Source: a virus (lineage: Duplodnaviria > Caudoviricetes). Taken from it: DNA of 25,045 bases. Location of the stretch: positions 1 through 25,045 of the IMG/VR virus record IMGVR_UViG_3300036784_000118. The stretch is one strand, 5' to 3'. Shown here in pieces: positions 24,677 to 25,045 of this stretch. Under the pieces are notes generated by a model. The model saw nothing but the letters and a program-made list of their open reading frames with translations, was not told the origin of the DNA and did not search any database. How positions within the stretch are numbered: the stretch's first letter is position 1; every line of letters begins with the position of its first letter. Made by a program: the position numbers and the translations under genes.

Positions 24677-24760
24677 ATGAAATACCTGATGGTGGCCGGG
24701 ATCATCGGTGTAGCGATCAGCGTGGCATGTCTGCTGATCGTGTTAATCAAAACAATCTGA
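24677..24760 (+). CDS. 27-aa hydrophobic peptide
   Basis: GAGGTG RBS; MKYLMVAGIIGVAISVACLLIVLIKTI. Confidence 0.4.
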   Translation: MKYLMVAGIIGVAISVACLLIVLIKTI

Positions 24761-24774
24761 GAGGGGTTCAAACG

Positions 24775-25045
24775 ATGATGAAGAAGATAACGATGAGCGC
24801 GGCATTCACTGCCGTGGTGATGCTGTCGGCGTGTGCCGGTCCTGATCAGGCCGCGCGGCAAGCGGCTGATTACGGTGCTTTCCCCGCGAACTATGAAGAG
24901 GTCATTGCGCGCTATCACGAAGCGAACATGAAAGACCCTGAAAGCGTGCGCGTGAAGTACCTTGGTGGCCCGAAGAAGGCGGTTTATTCAGGGGCGCTTG
25001 TGCGCGAGCCGGTATACGGCTATGTGGTGTGCATGTCGGTGAATG
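24775..25045 (+). CDS. lipoprotein (partial, runs off window)
   Basis: Signal peptide MMKKITMSAAFTAVVMLSA-C with lipobox LSAC, then DYG..P.NYE, KDPES and YGYVVC. GAGGGG RBS. Confidence 0.7.
   Translation, partial: MMKKITMSAAFTAVVMLSACAGPDQAARQAADYGAFPANYEEVIARYHEANMKDPESVRVKYLGGPKKAVYSGALVREPVYGYVVCMSVN

Overview
The whole window is one temperate tailed phage or prophage with an HK97-type head. It is GC-rich, and a betaproteobacterial host such as Burkholderiales is an unverified guess. The minus strand (1-11.5 kb) carries a partial portal, major capsid protein, prohead protease, TerL/TerS, a probable cos region, a lysozyme-like endolysin, HNH, a late promoter/terminator with a Q-like regulator, RusA and replication genes. 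The plus strand (12.3-18.6 kb) carries an early operon with an RNAP alpha-CTD-like protein, a lone Cas7/RAMP-like gene, a conserved accessory gene, a ~600-nt non-coding GGY-NN pentamer array, a YqaJ exonuclease, a putative annealing protein and small ORFs. An AlpA/Xis plus P4-type integrase module (minus) and a second plus-strand accessory operon follow. The standout is the RAMP + accessory + array locus (12737-14715). It looks like a phage-encoded RNA-guided system in which 10 guide units use their variable NN dinucleotides as a gapped, wobble-skipping code. Decoded this way, one unit reads as a JAB/MPN motif (YVGVWHTHPE) and two units approximate a motif in the phage's own downstream gene. 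Other notable signals are five 10-bp-phased TGATCG arrays at regulatory junctions and a near-perfect parS site beside the late promoter. All calls come from manual motif recognition; no searches were run.
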